Shown here in pieces: positions 1 through 8,922 of a DNA stretch of 47,657 bases. Every line of letters starts with the position of its first letter. The first letter of the stretch is position 1. Origin of the DNA: a virus. Taxonomy: Duplodnaviria > Caudoviricetes. Where the stretch lies: positions 1 through 47,657 of IMG/VR virus record IMGVR_UViG_3300049828_000290; one strand, written 5' to 3'. A model generated the notes under the pieces. The model searched no databases and was not told the origin of the DNA. It worked only from the letters and a program-made list of their open reading frames with translations. Both the position numbers and the translations under genes were made by a program.

Positions 1-74
1 GTAATACACGGGGCAACCCATTCATATTTACAAATACTACAAATAAGATTTACGATAAATCTTGTATTAATCAT
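1..74 (-). CDS. N-terminal half of a small Zn-ribbon protein that continues at 47657
   Basis: ATG at 74 reads MINTRFIVNLICSICKYEWVAPCI and runs off the left end. Confidence 0.7.
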   Translation of the reverse strand, partial: MINTRFIVNLICSICKYEWVAPCI

Positions 75-954
75 TGGATGTTGGGTCCCACTTAGTTCCT
101 ACTTTAAAATCTACTTGTAGGGCTGATTCTCGAATATTAGTATCAGCTTCACAAATTCCTTTAAATTGACAGAAACCATACTTAGACTCACAGTGAGTAA
201 AATTAGGCGGCCAGAAATCCATCTCATGATAGGCAACCATTTGTTTTGCCCAATATGGAAGAATAACTGATTGCCACTCTACAAGTCTATCGAAAGAATA
301 AGTAACTGGTGTCCGAGAAAATTTCTCATGAGGCTTAAGAGATTTCTGAAAACCAATTTTATTCACGAACATGGTGCGTGTTCCACTTACTAAGCACTGG
401 CCCATGAATTGATTATTTAGACTAACAGTATCTCGTCTTTGACTCATAGTCTTATGGTCATAAGGAAAGATACCATGACTATTATCAGCTGTTAAATCGA
501 GCTTTGCTTTCCAAAGAATAGCAATTTCTTCATCTTCATATAATTTTTTATCTTTAACTACTTCTACTTCTACAGGAGTTAAAGGGTCATTTATATAGAA
601 TGCGTTATACTGCTCGCACGTATCGAGTGCAGTTTCGATATCTTCAGCAGAAGAATTTCTAACTTCTTCAGAACGTGAATAAATTTGAGCAGCAGTCATT
701 CCATACTGATGAGATTCTTTACGACCAAAACCATTTATCTGATTACGATACTTATGTTCAAGATATTCATGAACAATCTGGCCCATTTCTAATGCTTTAC
801 CCTTACCATGCGCGCTTTGGAAGTCTCGATTAAATCGAAAATCAGTAAGACGCGCGCAGGACATTAGAGTTGTAAGAGTAGTAGCGTCGAGAATGATTTT
901 AGTTTGTTTCTTTTCTGGCTCAATCATTATCTTCATCCCATAAGTAGGATGCAA
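67..954 (-). CDS. Cas4/RecB-like PD-(D/E)XK exonuclease with probable Fe-S cysteines (likely start MIEPEKK at 927)
   Basis: N-terminal SC, G-x-x-x-H, KAKLD...YDHKT catalytic motifs, C-terminal C-x6-C-x5-C. Confidence 0.85.
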   Translation of the reverse strand: MHPTYGMKIMIEPEKKQTKIILDATTLTTLMSCARLTDFRFNRDFQSAHGKGKALEMGQIVHEYLEHKYRNQINGFGRKESHQYGMTAAQIYSRSEEVRNSSAEDIETALDTCEQYNAFYINDPLTPVEVEVVKDKKLYEDEEIAILWKAKLDLTADNSHGIFPYDHKTMSQRRDTVSLNNQFMGQCLVSGTRTMFVNKIGFQKSLKPHEKFSRTPVTYSFDRLVEWQSVILPYWAKQMVAYHEMDFWPPNFTHCESKYGFCQFKGICEADTNIRESALQVDFKVGTKWDPTSND

Positions 955-1069
955 TAAAAGCTTTTTTTAACTCATCAAGGTCAATTTTTTTAGTCTCGTC
1001 TTCTTTTGTAAGAATTTCACAAATGCGAACCATAGTCTGAAATAAAAAATCAAGTTGAAAACTATGCAT
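920..1069 (-). CDS. Small hypothetical protein (49 aa, MHSFQLDFLFQ...)
   Basis: Read by hand; fills the gap and overlaps the probable nuclease start. Confidence 0.5.
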   Translation of the reverse strand: MHSFQLDFLFQTMVRICEILTKEDETKKIDLDELKKAFIASYLWDEDND

Positions 1070-1075
1070 AATTAA

Positions 1076-1186
1076 TCATCCATTTAATGACGCCATCTTT
1101 GTAATACTACGTTTACCACTAGCAACAAATGCCTTGAGAATTCCTTCGGCCAATTCCTTAGCCATCGACTTTTCAATGAACCCCAT
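1076..1186 (-). repeat. Diverged copy of the helicase 3' end (1544-1648), forming a 36-aa mini-ORF MGFIEKSMAKELAEGILKAFVASGKRSITKMASLNG
   Basis: 31/34 aa identical to the helicase C-terminus; final 24 nt identical; ATG overlaps the upstream TAA. Confidence 0.92.
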
Positions 1187-1551
1187 TATCTTTTCCAGTA
1201 ACTAGATGGTGCTGTAATGTGAGCTTCATCTTTGTTTATTGCCATTACAATTTCAATAGTTCGCACTTTTTGTTTATAAATCTTAAGCTGTTTCTGCTTT
1301 CGCGCTAAGAAAGATTCATATGCTTTTTCTTTAGTAGAATGTGCATACTTTTTAGTTGCGTAGTCAAGAACAAACTTATTCTTAGCGCCAGTGTAACCAT
1401 AGTTAAGCCATACTCCACAAGGAGTTTTCTTAACTAATTCTAGAATTTCTAAAACTAGACTTACGCTAGCAAAAGATAATGGTTCACCCTCTGAATTAGC
1501 TGACCCATATTCTATGTAACGATAATAATAAACGGGTTTAGTTTCATCCAT
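1186..1551 (-). CDS. Hypothetical protein between the two helicase-end repeats
   Basis: 121-aa ORF overlapping the helicase stop. Confidence 0.75.
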   Translation of the reverse strand: MDETKPVYYYRYIEYGSANSEGEPLSFASVSLVLEILELVKKTPCGVWLNYGYTGAKNKFVLDYATKKYAHSTKEKAYESFLARKQKQLKIYKQKVRTIEIVMAINKDEAHITAPSSYWKR

Positions 1552-3310
1552 TTAATGACGCCATCTTAGTAATTGACTTTTTACCACTAGCGGCAAAAGC
1601 TTTCAGAATACCCTCTGCCAATTCTTTAGCCATAGACTTTTCAACAAATTCTGGCATTTCACCTTTATTCATTGCATTGTGGAAGTAAGCTCTCTTTCTT
1701 TCAACAATCTCAGCAAGAATTTCATCAACAGTTCCTGCTGCTGTCATAAAGGTAACGTTAACTGTTTTATGCGTCGCTCCAATACGACGAAAACGTCCGG
1801 GCGCTGCCTGATCTTCATTCTGAGGGTTCCACTGTCGCTCGTGGAGAATAGCATCGCCGCATGTTTGAAGATTAAGGCCCTCTCCGCTAGCGAGAGTGCT
1901 AGCAATAAGGAAAGCCCTTCTACTATCCTGAAACTTTGACTCGAAGTTTGGTTGGTCATCTTTTAATACTAATAATTTCGGAAATAGAGCGCGCATTTCC
2001 TTATATAGGATGTCACCAACATCTTTATGATGAACGAAGATTACTAACTTTCTATCATTCATCTCATAGAATTCTTCTGCAAATTCTATGGTGGCTGGAA
2101 TTTTAGCTAGGCCAGTAATATGACGCATCCGCGCCAGTTTAGCTAAAATATTACTAGATACTTCAAATGTATCTTCTTCACCATTAACAATTGCATCAGT
2201 ATACCATCGAACAAATTCGCTAGTTTCATGCTCATATGCTTTCATTTCTAAAGCATCGAGTTCAGTTAGTTGAATTGTTCGATTAACAGATGGAAATTCT
2301 ACATCAACATCTGTTACTTCACGGCGAATGATTATATCTTTTACATAATCCTTAAACAGTTCAATCTTATCTTTACGTAGACCACCCTGTTTAGTATATG
2401 CGCCATCATAATAGAAATCTACCCAATCGTCTAAAAATCCCTGATAAGAAGTAAACTTAGTAGGTGCTAGAAGATTAAGAACAACGAAGAATTCTCCACC
2501 ACGATTTTTCCACGGTGTAGCAGATAGTGCGATTACCGTTTTATCGCGACAGATATTTAGAACGCGCTTTGTTCTTTCACTTTCAGTATTCTTAATCTGC
2601 TGAACTTCATCAATAACTACTGTCTTAATGAAGTCTAATTTTTCGGCAGGGAATCCGCCTTTAGTCTTTTCTTCATAAGTAAAGCCAGATTCATTTTTGA
2701 CTTTTTTAGTCTTACTTCTACCGACCAACATATCGAATGCAATGATATAAGACTTCATCCCTGGAATAATCGCATCAGTTGATGACGTAATAATCTGAGG
2801 GAAATGCTTAATACCAAGCCAGCGATAGATTTCTTTGGCCCACTGAAGTTTAATCTTACTCTTTACGATGAATAGAACTGGAGATACTTCTGGATGAAAC
2901 TTGAGATATGCGAGAGACTGAACTGTCTTACCTAATCCCATCTCATCGAATATTCCACTGCCAGTTCCAGAAGAAATTGCAGTCTCTACAAATTCTGCGC
3001 CTTGAATTTGATAGTCATAAAGCTTAAATTGATTGCACTTATTGCACTGATTAATACGAAGGTCAGTATTAAGTTCACATTCTTCTTTAGTTGGAAACTC
3101 ATGATTACAATTTTTAACTTTTTCATCCCAATCTTGGGACATCATTGTCGTATAGGAATCAGAAATACCCTTTGCAATAGTTTTAATCTCAAAATGTTTA
3201 CACTCATAGTATATAAATTTTTTGATTATACCATTAGCAAGAGGTATCGACCTATTAGATACCTCTTTTGCAATCTTACCACAAATTGGGCACTTCTCAA
3301 TGAGTTTCAT
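1544..3310 (-). CDS. SNF2-family (SF2) helicase with N-terminal Cys-rich region
   Basis: DEMGLGKT, IDEVQ, LSATP, EGLNLQ, WNP...Q...GRFRRIG motifs. Confidence 0.93.
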   Translation of the reverse strand: MKLIEKCPICGKIAKEVSNRSIPLANGIIKKFIYYECKHFEIKTIAKGISDSYTTMMSQDWDEKVKNCNHEFPTKEECELNTDLRINQCNKCNQFKLYDYQIQGAEFVETAISSGTGSGIFDEMGLGKTVQSLAYLKFHPEVSPVLFIVKSKIKLQWAKEIYRWLGIKHFPQIITSSTDAIIPGMKSYIIAFDMLVGRSKTKKVKNESGFTYEEKTKGGFPAEKLDFIKTVVIDEVQQIKNTESERTKRVLNICRDKTVIALSATPWKNRGGEFFVVLNLLAPTKFTSYQGFLDDWVDFYYDGAYTKQGGLRKDKIELFKDYVKDIIIRREVTDVDVEFPSVNRTIQLTELDALEMKAYEHETSEFVRWYTDAIVNGEEDTFEVSSNILAKLARMRHITGLAKIPATIEFAEEFYEMNDRKLVIFVHHKDVGDILYKEMRALFPKLLVLKDDQPNFESKFQDSRRAFLIASTLASGEGLNLQTCGDAILHERQWNPQNEDQAAPGRFRRIGATHKTVNVTFMTAAGTVDEILAEIVERKRAYFHNAMNKGEMPEFVEKSMAKELAEGILKAFAASGKKSITKMASLNG

Positions 3311-3312
3311 GA

Positions 3313-3525
3313 TTAATTATTAACTTTATCTACACGAATTCTTTGACGAGGAATAATTACAAAACTAGTAAATTTAACTATTTCTCTATCAATATTCTTA
3401 GCAGAATGAACAAATTCCAATTTCATATGGTCGCCATTTTCTTCTACTTCTAGACTATCACAGATATCAGAAGCAACGTAAGCTTTACCAGATAAAGGAA
3501 CATAGACATAATCTACTATAAACAT
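3313..3525 (-). CDS. Hypothetical protein
   Basis: 70-aa ORF, AAGGA RBS, stop 2 nt before the helicase ATG. Confidence 0.65.
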   Translation of the reverse strand: MFIVDYVYVPLSGKAYVASDICDSLEVEENGDHMKLEFVHSAKNIDREIVKFTSFVIIPRQRIRVDKVNN

Positions 3526-3557
3526 ATGATTTACTTTCCTTAGTAGTCATAATAAAT

Positions 3558-3644
3558 TGGTGCGACCTGAGAGAATCGAACTCTCACTCTCTTACGAGAA
3601 GCGGATTTTAAGTCCGCTGCGTCTGCCAGTTCCGCCAAGGTCGC
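3558..3644 (-). tRNA. tRNA-Leu(UAA)
   Basis: Acceptor GCGACCT/AGGTCGC, encoded CCA, anticodon arm GCGGA-CTTAAAA-TCCGC, long variable arm, GTTCGATT T-loop. Confidence 0.95.
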
Positions 3645-3763
3645 AAATAATTAGTGCCAAATAGGACATCTAATTGTTATTGGAACTTCGAGCGTGCATG
3701 GAACTTTCTTACTAAAATCAATCCAAACTTTAATAATTTGAGTTCCATTACAAAGTTTGCATT

Positions 3764-4042
3764 TCATTCAATAATTCCTTTTTCTTTTAGAATTGCATCC
3801 ATCAATTCGCATGACTTACAAAGACAATCGAAAGGATGCGAATGATAGATTCTAGCCAGACGTCGAAAACGTTCTCTACTTCCCTGATGAGGCGTATATT
3901 TATTAACACGCTTAGGAATGTTAAATGCGCGTCGAGCAGCTTCTTGATTTTCGCACATCTTAACTTCATCATCTACAATTAGATGTGGAACATCTACAGC
4001 GCGCATTCCATTTTCATCATCTACTAGTCTAGTCTTAATCAT
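3764..4042 (-). CDS. Hypothetical protein
   Basis: 92-aa ORF with GGAG RBS; YTPHQG..ER..R and HxxxCxCxxC motifs. Confidence 0.7.
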   Translation of the reverse strand: MIKTRLVDDENGMRAVDVPHLIVDDEVKMCENQEAARRAFNIPKRVNKYTPHQGSRERFRRLARIYHSHPFDCLCKSCELMDAILKEKGIIE

Positions 4043-4103
4043 CCGAATCTCCTGTTTAAGTGTTTACTCCTGGATATAATCACTTATACCCAAGAGAAAA
4101 AAC

Positions 4104-4832
4104 TCAAAGTTGAGTCATGAGCTTTTCAATTTCCATTGAAACTTCTTTGAATTTGTTAGTAGCAGTTTCAACGTCCTTTGCAAGTAGCCTCATCTGCTGA
4201 AGCTTAAGAGCAATTCGCGCCTTAATTCGTTCCCTCTCAGTAGGACTAACGGAGAATGAACCGCTAGGTTTAATCGGTTTACTTTTATTCATCGTAATTT
4301 CTCGACCCCTAAGGAAACTAAGGTCAAAGAAATAATTCAACGGATTGATAGGCGGCTTAGGAATCTTGATATTATAAAGCTTATCAATGAACAAAGCCTT
4401 ATAAACATCAGGAGACTTACGCCTAATCTCCCACTCAGCATTTTTAATTCCCGGCCAAGCTGCTACATTCTTAGTAAGAAAATTCTGAACAATCGGTGAC
4501 TTACGCTTAAGAGCTTCTGACATGAACTTAGGCGAAGTCCGAATATTATCCTCAATAAACTTGAGAGCCTCACCCTCATACTGGTCTACAATTGCGGCCA
4601 GATGTTCAGGAGTCAAGTCATTAATGAGAATCGGCTTTCTACCACTTTCGGGCTTTCCCGGATACCAGTGAGTAGCAGTTGAACGATTGTTAGAAAACAG
4701 ACGATGATTAATTCCCTGCATAACTTCCTCTTTAGGCTGATTGCACACTGAACAGTTCGGCCGACCACATTTTAATTCACGCAATCGGTGAAACCCATAA
4801 TAACTATGGCCGCTCATCCAAATTTCAGCCAC
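4104..4832 (-). CDS. Hypothetical protein (may start internally at MQGINH)
   Basis: 242-aa ORF with C-terminal coiled coil. Confidence 0.75.
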   Translation of the reverse strand: MAEIWMSGHSYYGFHRLRELKCGRPNCSVCNQPKEEVMQGINHRLFSNNRSTATHWYPGKPESGRKPILINDLTPEHLAAIVDQYEGEALKFIEDNIRTSPKFMSEALKRKSPIVQNFLTKNVAAWPGIKNAEWEIRRKSPDVYKALFIDKLYNIKIPKPPINPLNYFFDLSFLRGREITMNKSKPIKPSGSFSVSPTERERIKARIALKLQQMRLLAKDVETATNKFKEVSMEIEKLMTQL

Positions 4833-4833
4833 C

Positions 4834-5226
4834 TTATTCTCCGGTAACTACATTAAACTGCTGAATGAGGGGTGTAATGTCAGCTTCATTAACCCAAATG
4901 GGAAATTCAGGATTCGGATTAGAGCGAAGCTTAACAATATACAGCCCCTTATGCTTTTGGACCTTAGTAATACAAACTACATCCATAGGGTCAATCAAAT
5001 GATTTCCACAATGAATAAGCTTAGGTCGCGCATCTACCAGAGGGACGGTAGCATTCTTAGTAACTCTTGGCTTTTTAGTAGTTTTCTTCAACATGGGAAA
5101 TGGTTCCGTTTTAGGTAGTCCTAATACTTCCCTAGAGATTGGTTCAGTTTCATCAAAATCACCAGGGTCATCACTTAAATCTCTATATAAATCTTGCTCA
5201 TCATAGTAGTCAGACATTTCACCCAT
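4834..5226 (-). CDS. Hypothetical protein
   Basis: 130-aa ORF, tightly packed with its neighbours. Confidence 0.75.
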   Translation of the reverse strand: MGEMSDYYDEQDLYRDLSDDPGDFDETEPISREVLGLPKTEPFPMLKKTTKKPRVTKNATVPLVDARPKLIHCGNHLIDPMDVVCITKVQKHKGLYIVKLRSNPNPEFPIWVNEADITPLIQQFNVVTGE

Positions 5227-5228
5227 AA

Positions 5229-5921
5229 TTAAGACTCTTTCTTAGCAACCGAATCCATTGTTTGTCTTACTAATAGAGCAGCTTCATCTGGAGTAATTTT
5301 TCTCTGAATACAGAAAATCTGAACCATATTTGCCATTACACTATATTTTTCAGCAGCGGCTCTAATTTCTGCAATATCATATGTCTTAACAGTGAGCTTT
5401 TCTTTCTTAGGCTTGAGAATCTTAGTAGGTTCTTTTGGCTTATATTGAAGGTCTTTTAATCTAAGCTGTGCGCGTTCATGTTCTCGTAATTCTTTACCCA
5501 GAGTATTAAAATAAGTCTGGAGCGCGCGTTGCTTAGTTTCGAGTTCAAGAATTTCATCTGTCTTATCATGAACTACTTTAGCAAAAGCTTTATATCGAGT
5601 CTCGATTGCTTGTGCTAAGCGGAAATGTTTATTAGCAATTGTATCATCTTCATCGATTACTTTCTTAATTTCAGCAATCGCTACAGTTTCTGCATTAAAT
5701 ATATCTGTAGAGATTTTAATTCGCGCATCTAGAGACATAGCTTTACTAATAAATAGTTCAGCTTGTGATTCATTCGCTTTAGATTCTACTAGTTCGCTCA
5801 AATGAGTTTCCTTTTCTATTTGGCATTTGATACAAAAGGGTAAAGTAGAATTAATGAGAACTGGAACAAAATCGCATTCTCTTTCTCTACCACATTTGAA
5901 ACACTTACTAATTGTCACCAT
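5229..5921 (-). CDS. Hypothetical protein, Zn ribbon plus coiled coil
   Basis: N-terminal CxxC...CxxC; heptad-rich middle. Confidence 0.8.
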   Translation of the reverse strand: MVTISKCFKCGRERECDFVPVLINSTLPFCIKCQIEKETHLSELVESKANESQAELFISKAMSLDARIKISTDIFNAETVAIAEIKKVIDEDDTIANKHFRLAQAIETRYKAFAKVVHDKTDEILELETKQRALQTYFNTLGKELREHERAQLRLKDLQYKPKEPTKILKPKKEKLTVKTYDIAEIRAAAEKYSVMANMVQIFCIQRKITPDEAALLVRQTMDSVAKKES

Positions 5922-6219
5922 TCAAAAATGCAGCTAATGATGGCGAAAGTGGCGCTTCTTCTTTAATAGCAGCTTGTTCTTCAGTAAGGCCAAGCTGACA
6001 ATTATTACATCGTGGCTTATCTTCCTTCATATTAGAAGGATTTAGATTAATATCAGCACCACAAGTCCAGCAAATAGAATTCTTACCATTAAGTAAGCGT
6101 TCCATATGCTTAGGCATATAATGGCTACAATCGGCAGTAAGGGCGCATGCCCATAATGGAGTGCCCATACCGATATCAATTCGATGATACTTATGCCGAT
6201 GTCGTTTTGCTACTGCCAT
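5908..6219 (-). CDS. Cys/His-rich hypothetical protein
   Basis: Several CxxC motifs. Confidence 0.75.
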   Translation of the reverse strand: MAVAKRHRHKYHRIDIGMGTPLWACALTADCSHYMPKHMERLLNGKNSICWTCGADINLNPSNMKEDKPRCNNCQLGLTEEQAAIKEEAPLSPSLAAFLNGDN

Positions 6220-6424
6220 TTGGTAAATCCTTATCGATAGACTCTAATTCAAAAAATCCCGGTAATTCAGGAATTTCTTTTTTAAGAAACCAAGACATAT
6301 CATGGCCGGTTAGATATTCATGCCACCATACGTTATATTCGGGTTCTTTATGACCACAGTGACATATAAAAATTCTATGTCCTTGTCGTCTACGAAGTTC
6401 AATCCAATTATCTCTTGTCATCAT
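6191..6424 (-). CDS. Hypothetical protein
   Basis: 77-aa ORF with CHCGH. Confidence 0.6.
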   Translation of the reverse strand: MMTRDNWIELRRRQGHRIFICHCGHKEPEYNVWWHEYLTGHDMSWFLKKEIPELPGFFELESIDKDLPNGSSKTTSA

Positions 6425-6434
6425 AATCTTAGAA

Positions 6435-6501
6435 GGGGGCTCAATCTAAAAATTACTTGCGAAATTACAAGTAATTATTCCCAGTAATAAACTGAGCCCC
6501 C
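6435..6501 (-). terminator. Intergenic branched stem-loop (terminator or processing site)
   Basis: GGGGGCTCA/TGAGCCCCC outer stem; AATTACTTG/CAAGTAATT inner stem. Confidence 0.55.
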
Positions 6502-6509
6502 ATCAAAAA

Positions 6510-7064
6510 CTATTTAGATAGACTTAAAAAAACTTTATCTCCAATTGCTGCTGAATATATACCCGGAATATTCCAAGTAGGAGAACCAAAATTAAGAGTT
6601 ACATTATATTCAGGAATGCGCACATCAATTACTGATACATTTGCAATTGGATATGGCGCGCGTTCAATAATTCCTGCTACTACAATAGTCTGTGTTAAGC
6701 GTAGAGTAGGACTGCCCGGCGTCCGCGTATAGTTAAATGTAACTGCATTACTTGGATTGCCACATACTAGAATATTACATGCTCTAATTTCTGTAGTATG
6801 ACTACCAATTGATAATACTCCAACTGGATGTTCGTATCTGGTTTCACCCGGTGGAGTATTAGGGTCAAGAATTACTGTAGCAATTCCAATTGAAGTCCAA
6901 TTTCCATTATCCACTCTTAATTCAAAACGTGTAACTCCAGTTTCATTGAAATTAAGCGTATTAAAATCAAACTGATAACGTGAATTTGGACCTGCAATTG
7001 GTGTCTGTGCAAATGCAGAAGTGCTAAATAGTAAAAATCCAAGCGCGCATAATGACTTTTTCAA
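6510..7064 (-). CDS. Secreted Ig/FN3-like beta-sandwich protein
   Basis: Sec signal peptide ending AFA-Q; FELRVD...GSHTTEIRACN...SNAVTF FN3-like pattern. Confidence 0.7.
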   Translation of the reverse strand: MKKSLCALGFLLFSTSAFAQTPIAGPNSRYQFDFNTLNFNETGVTRFELRVDNGNWTSIGIATVILDPNTPPGETRYEHPVGVLSIGSHTTEIRACNILVCGNPSNAVTFNYTRTPGSPTLRLTQTIVVAGIIERAPYPIANVSVIDVRIPEYNVTLNFGSPTWNIPGIYSAAIGDKVFLSLSK

Positions 7065-7067
7065 ATC

Positions 7068-7265
7068 TCACTCCAATTTTGTGTCTGACATTTGATTTTT
7101 TATTACTCTAAGATAACAAATTCTGAGTCCGCGACCATCATATGAATATTCGACTTCATAGATATTTTCATAACGAGAATAATTATTGATTTTAATGAAT
7201 ACACCATTATCAGCATTCTTATCAATGAAGTTTTGAATTTCGGGTGGATAGATTATTTTGTTCAT
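7068..7265 (-). CDS. Hypothetical protein
   Basis: 65-aa ORF in operon spacing. Confidence 0.55.
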   Translation of the reverse strand: MNKIIYPPEIQNFIDKNADNGVFIKINNYSRYENIYEVEYSYDGRGLRICYLRVIKNQMSDTKLE

Positions 7266-7344
7266 TATTTGTTACCAACATAAAAATCAAGAAAGAAAAA
7301 GAATAGATATAATAGAATAACTACAAGTGCATGTATATGTATCA

Positions 7345-7420
7345 TGGTGTCCTCAGTAGGATTTGAACCTACGACTATTCGATTAAAGTCGAATGCTCTA
7401 CCAGACTGAGCTATGAGGGC
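7345..7420 (-). tRNA. tRNA-Lys(UUU)-like gene with a 6-nt anticodon loop (atypical or pseudo-tRNA)
   Basis: GCCCTCA TA GCTC AGTCTGGTA GAGC A TTCGA CTTTAA TCGAA TAGTC GTAGG TTCAAAT CCTAC TGAGGAC A CCA; C2-A71 mismatch. Confidence 0.85.
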
Positions 7421-7643
7421 TTTTTTAGTTCCGAAATTGTTTCTTTTACCGTTAAAAGAAAATCAATTTCATCATCACAATTAGGATTAAGTTTCCAAAC
7501 TCCACTATGAGATTCTTTTAACTTAACTAAGCGTTCAAGATTTTTAATTATTTGGGTCTTAGTCAAGATCATTAATTAACTCCTTAATTGAATGCTTCTA
7601 ATTATTTCTAACCAGAAGCACTCTGTTAAATAGTTATGAGGGC

Positions 7644-7928
7644 TTAGTGAGTTCTCTTTGAAATAGGAAGATATATGTTTAATTTTTCTTTATCTTTCTT
7701 CTTAAGTTCTTCAATCTGCTTATATGCTTCCATGATTACGGCCATAATTCCAAGCGCGCATCGAGAAGTAGATTCATCATAAACAAATGATGTTATTACA
7801 TGATTTAGAATCACTGCTGCTGTAGATTCTGTATGGAATTCTACTGTAAAGAATTCCATATTCCAAGCCTCAAGTAATTCAGTGACTTGATTTGAATAAT
7901 CTTGAACTTCTTTTTTAAGTTTGGGCAT
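7644..7928 (-). CDS. Hypothetical protein
   Basis: 94-aa ORF with AGGGG RBS. Confidence 0.65.
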   Translation of the reverse strand: MPKLKKEVQDYSNQVTELLEAWNMEFFTVEFHTESTAAVILNHVITSFVYDESTSRCALGIMAVIMEAYKQIEELKKKDKEKLNIYLPISKRTH

Positions 7929-8209
7929 AGTTAAAACCCCTATTATTTACTGATACGGTCCCCCACCGTCTTTTCAATAATAGGACGCATTAGGCTTAAT
8001 TTCTATTTATACTCGCCTAATCGAGTTTCTAATTCTTAGAATTTTTTCTACAATTAAAAAGTTTTTCTAAATCTTTACAATAAACTATAAAATCTAGGGG
8101 AGACATTAGCCCTTCTATTGTTTGTTTAATTCCTTTTTTTAGTAAATTAAAATATTCAGTAGTATTTATGTTATTATTCATACTTGCTCTAATCAAATTT
8201 ATTTAGTTT

Positions 8210-8341
8210 TTACCAACTTGCAGAGCAACCATTACCATTACAAGTTACAGTATCCATCATTTGGATAAGAGAATAAAGAGCCATCCCTAATGAACCAGCA
8301 AGAATTGCCATATCACGCCAAAAATTTGCATTTGTATACAT
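8210..8341 (-). CDS. Small single-TM membrane protein (MYTNANFWRD...)
   Basis: Hydrophobic stretch AILAGSLGMALYSLI; ATG directly follows an upstream ORF stop. Confidence 0.5.
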   Translation of the reverse strand: MYTNANFWRDMAILAGSLGMALYSLIQMMDTVTCNGNGCSASW

Positions 8342-8754
8342 ATTAATCTCTTGGGTCAAATGGTTGATTAATGTATTCTCTATATTCCTCCGCTTCTGAA
8401 TGGGCAATAATTCTATCTCGAATCCACTGATTTTGCATTAATTCTAGAATTTTAATTGCATAGTAACGACTTACTTTTTCAGTAAACATTACGTATTGAA
8501 TTTCTGATTCAGTCATGATTAGTCTCCTTTTGAGTAACTACTTAGGAAAGAAAGGTAACTTTTAATCCCTGTTTATTTATATATGTTCCTACGAGATACT
8601 CATAATCTTTTTCTTTTTTAATCTGAAGAAGATTATTTTTAATTGCTTCAATTGTGGTATCATCTAAAGAATGAGTCCAACCTTTAAGATGTATTTGAGT
8701 AGTCATGATTTACCATCTTCCGGAAGCGCCTAAGACAGCCGATAGCATTGTAGC

Positions 8755-8916
8755 TCAATAAAGCTTAATCCCCTCAGCTTTAATATCGTTAACGATTTTC
8801 TTGCATTCGTCACAATTGTTGATATGAGTTTGAAGATTCATAACAACTTGTCTCACGCTAGCAAACGAAGACTGTGATGCGCGCCAAATCATTTTAGAGA
8901 TATGACAGTCGGGCAT
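8755..8916 (-). CDS. 53-aa protein with a ZAS/zf-HC2-like motif
   Basis: Hand translation MPDCH...LQTHINNCDECKK; C-x26-H-x3-C-x2-C. Confidence 0.55.
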   Translation of the reverse strand: MPDCHISKMIWRASQSSFASVRQVVMNLQTHINNCDECKKIVNDIKAEGIKLY

Positions 8917-8922
8917 GATTAG

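Noticed and set aside
67-954. Cas4-like nuclease as evidence of a CRISPR-Cas system
   Set aside because: No other cas genes and no repeat-spacer array; solo Cas4-like nucleases are common in phage recombination modules
1076-1648. Repeat pair as DGR template/variable repeats
   Set aside because: No reverse transcriptase; differences are mostly synonymous and not adenine-specific
3526-3557. tRNA-associated theta/HDV-like ribozyme
   Set aside because: Sequence 3' of both tRNAs is AT-rich with no nested pseudoknot pairing
1679-3845. Nested or antisense ORFs 1679-1939, 1744-1959, 3002-3316, 3654-3845
   Set aside because: Shadow frames of the helicase and adjacent genes
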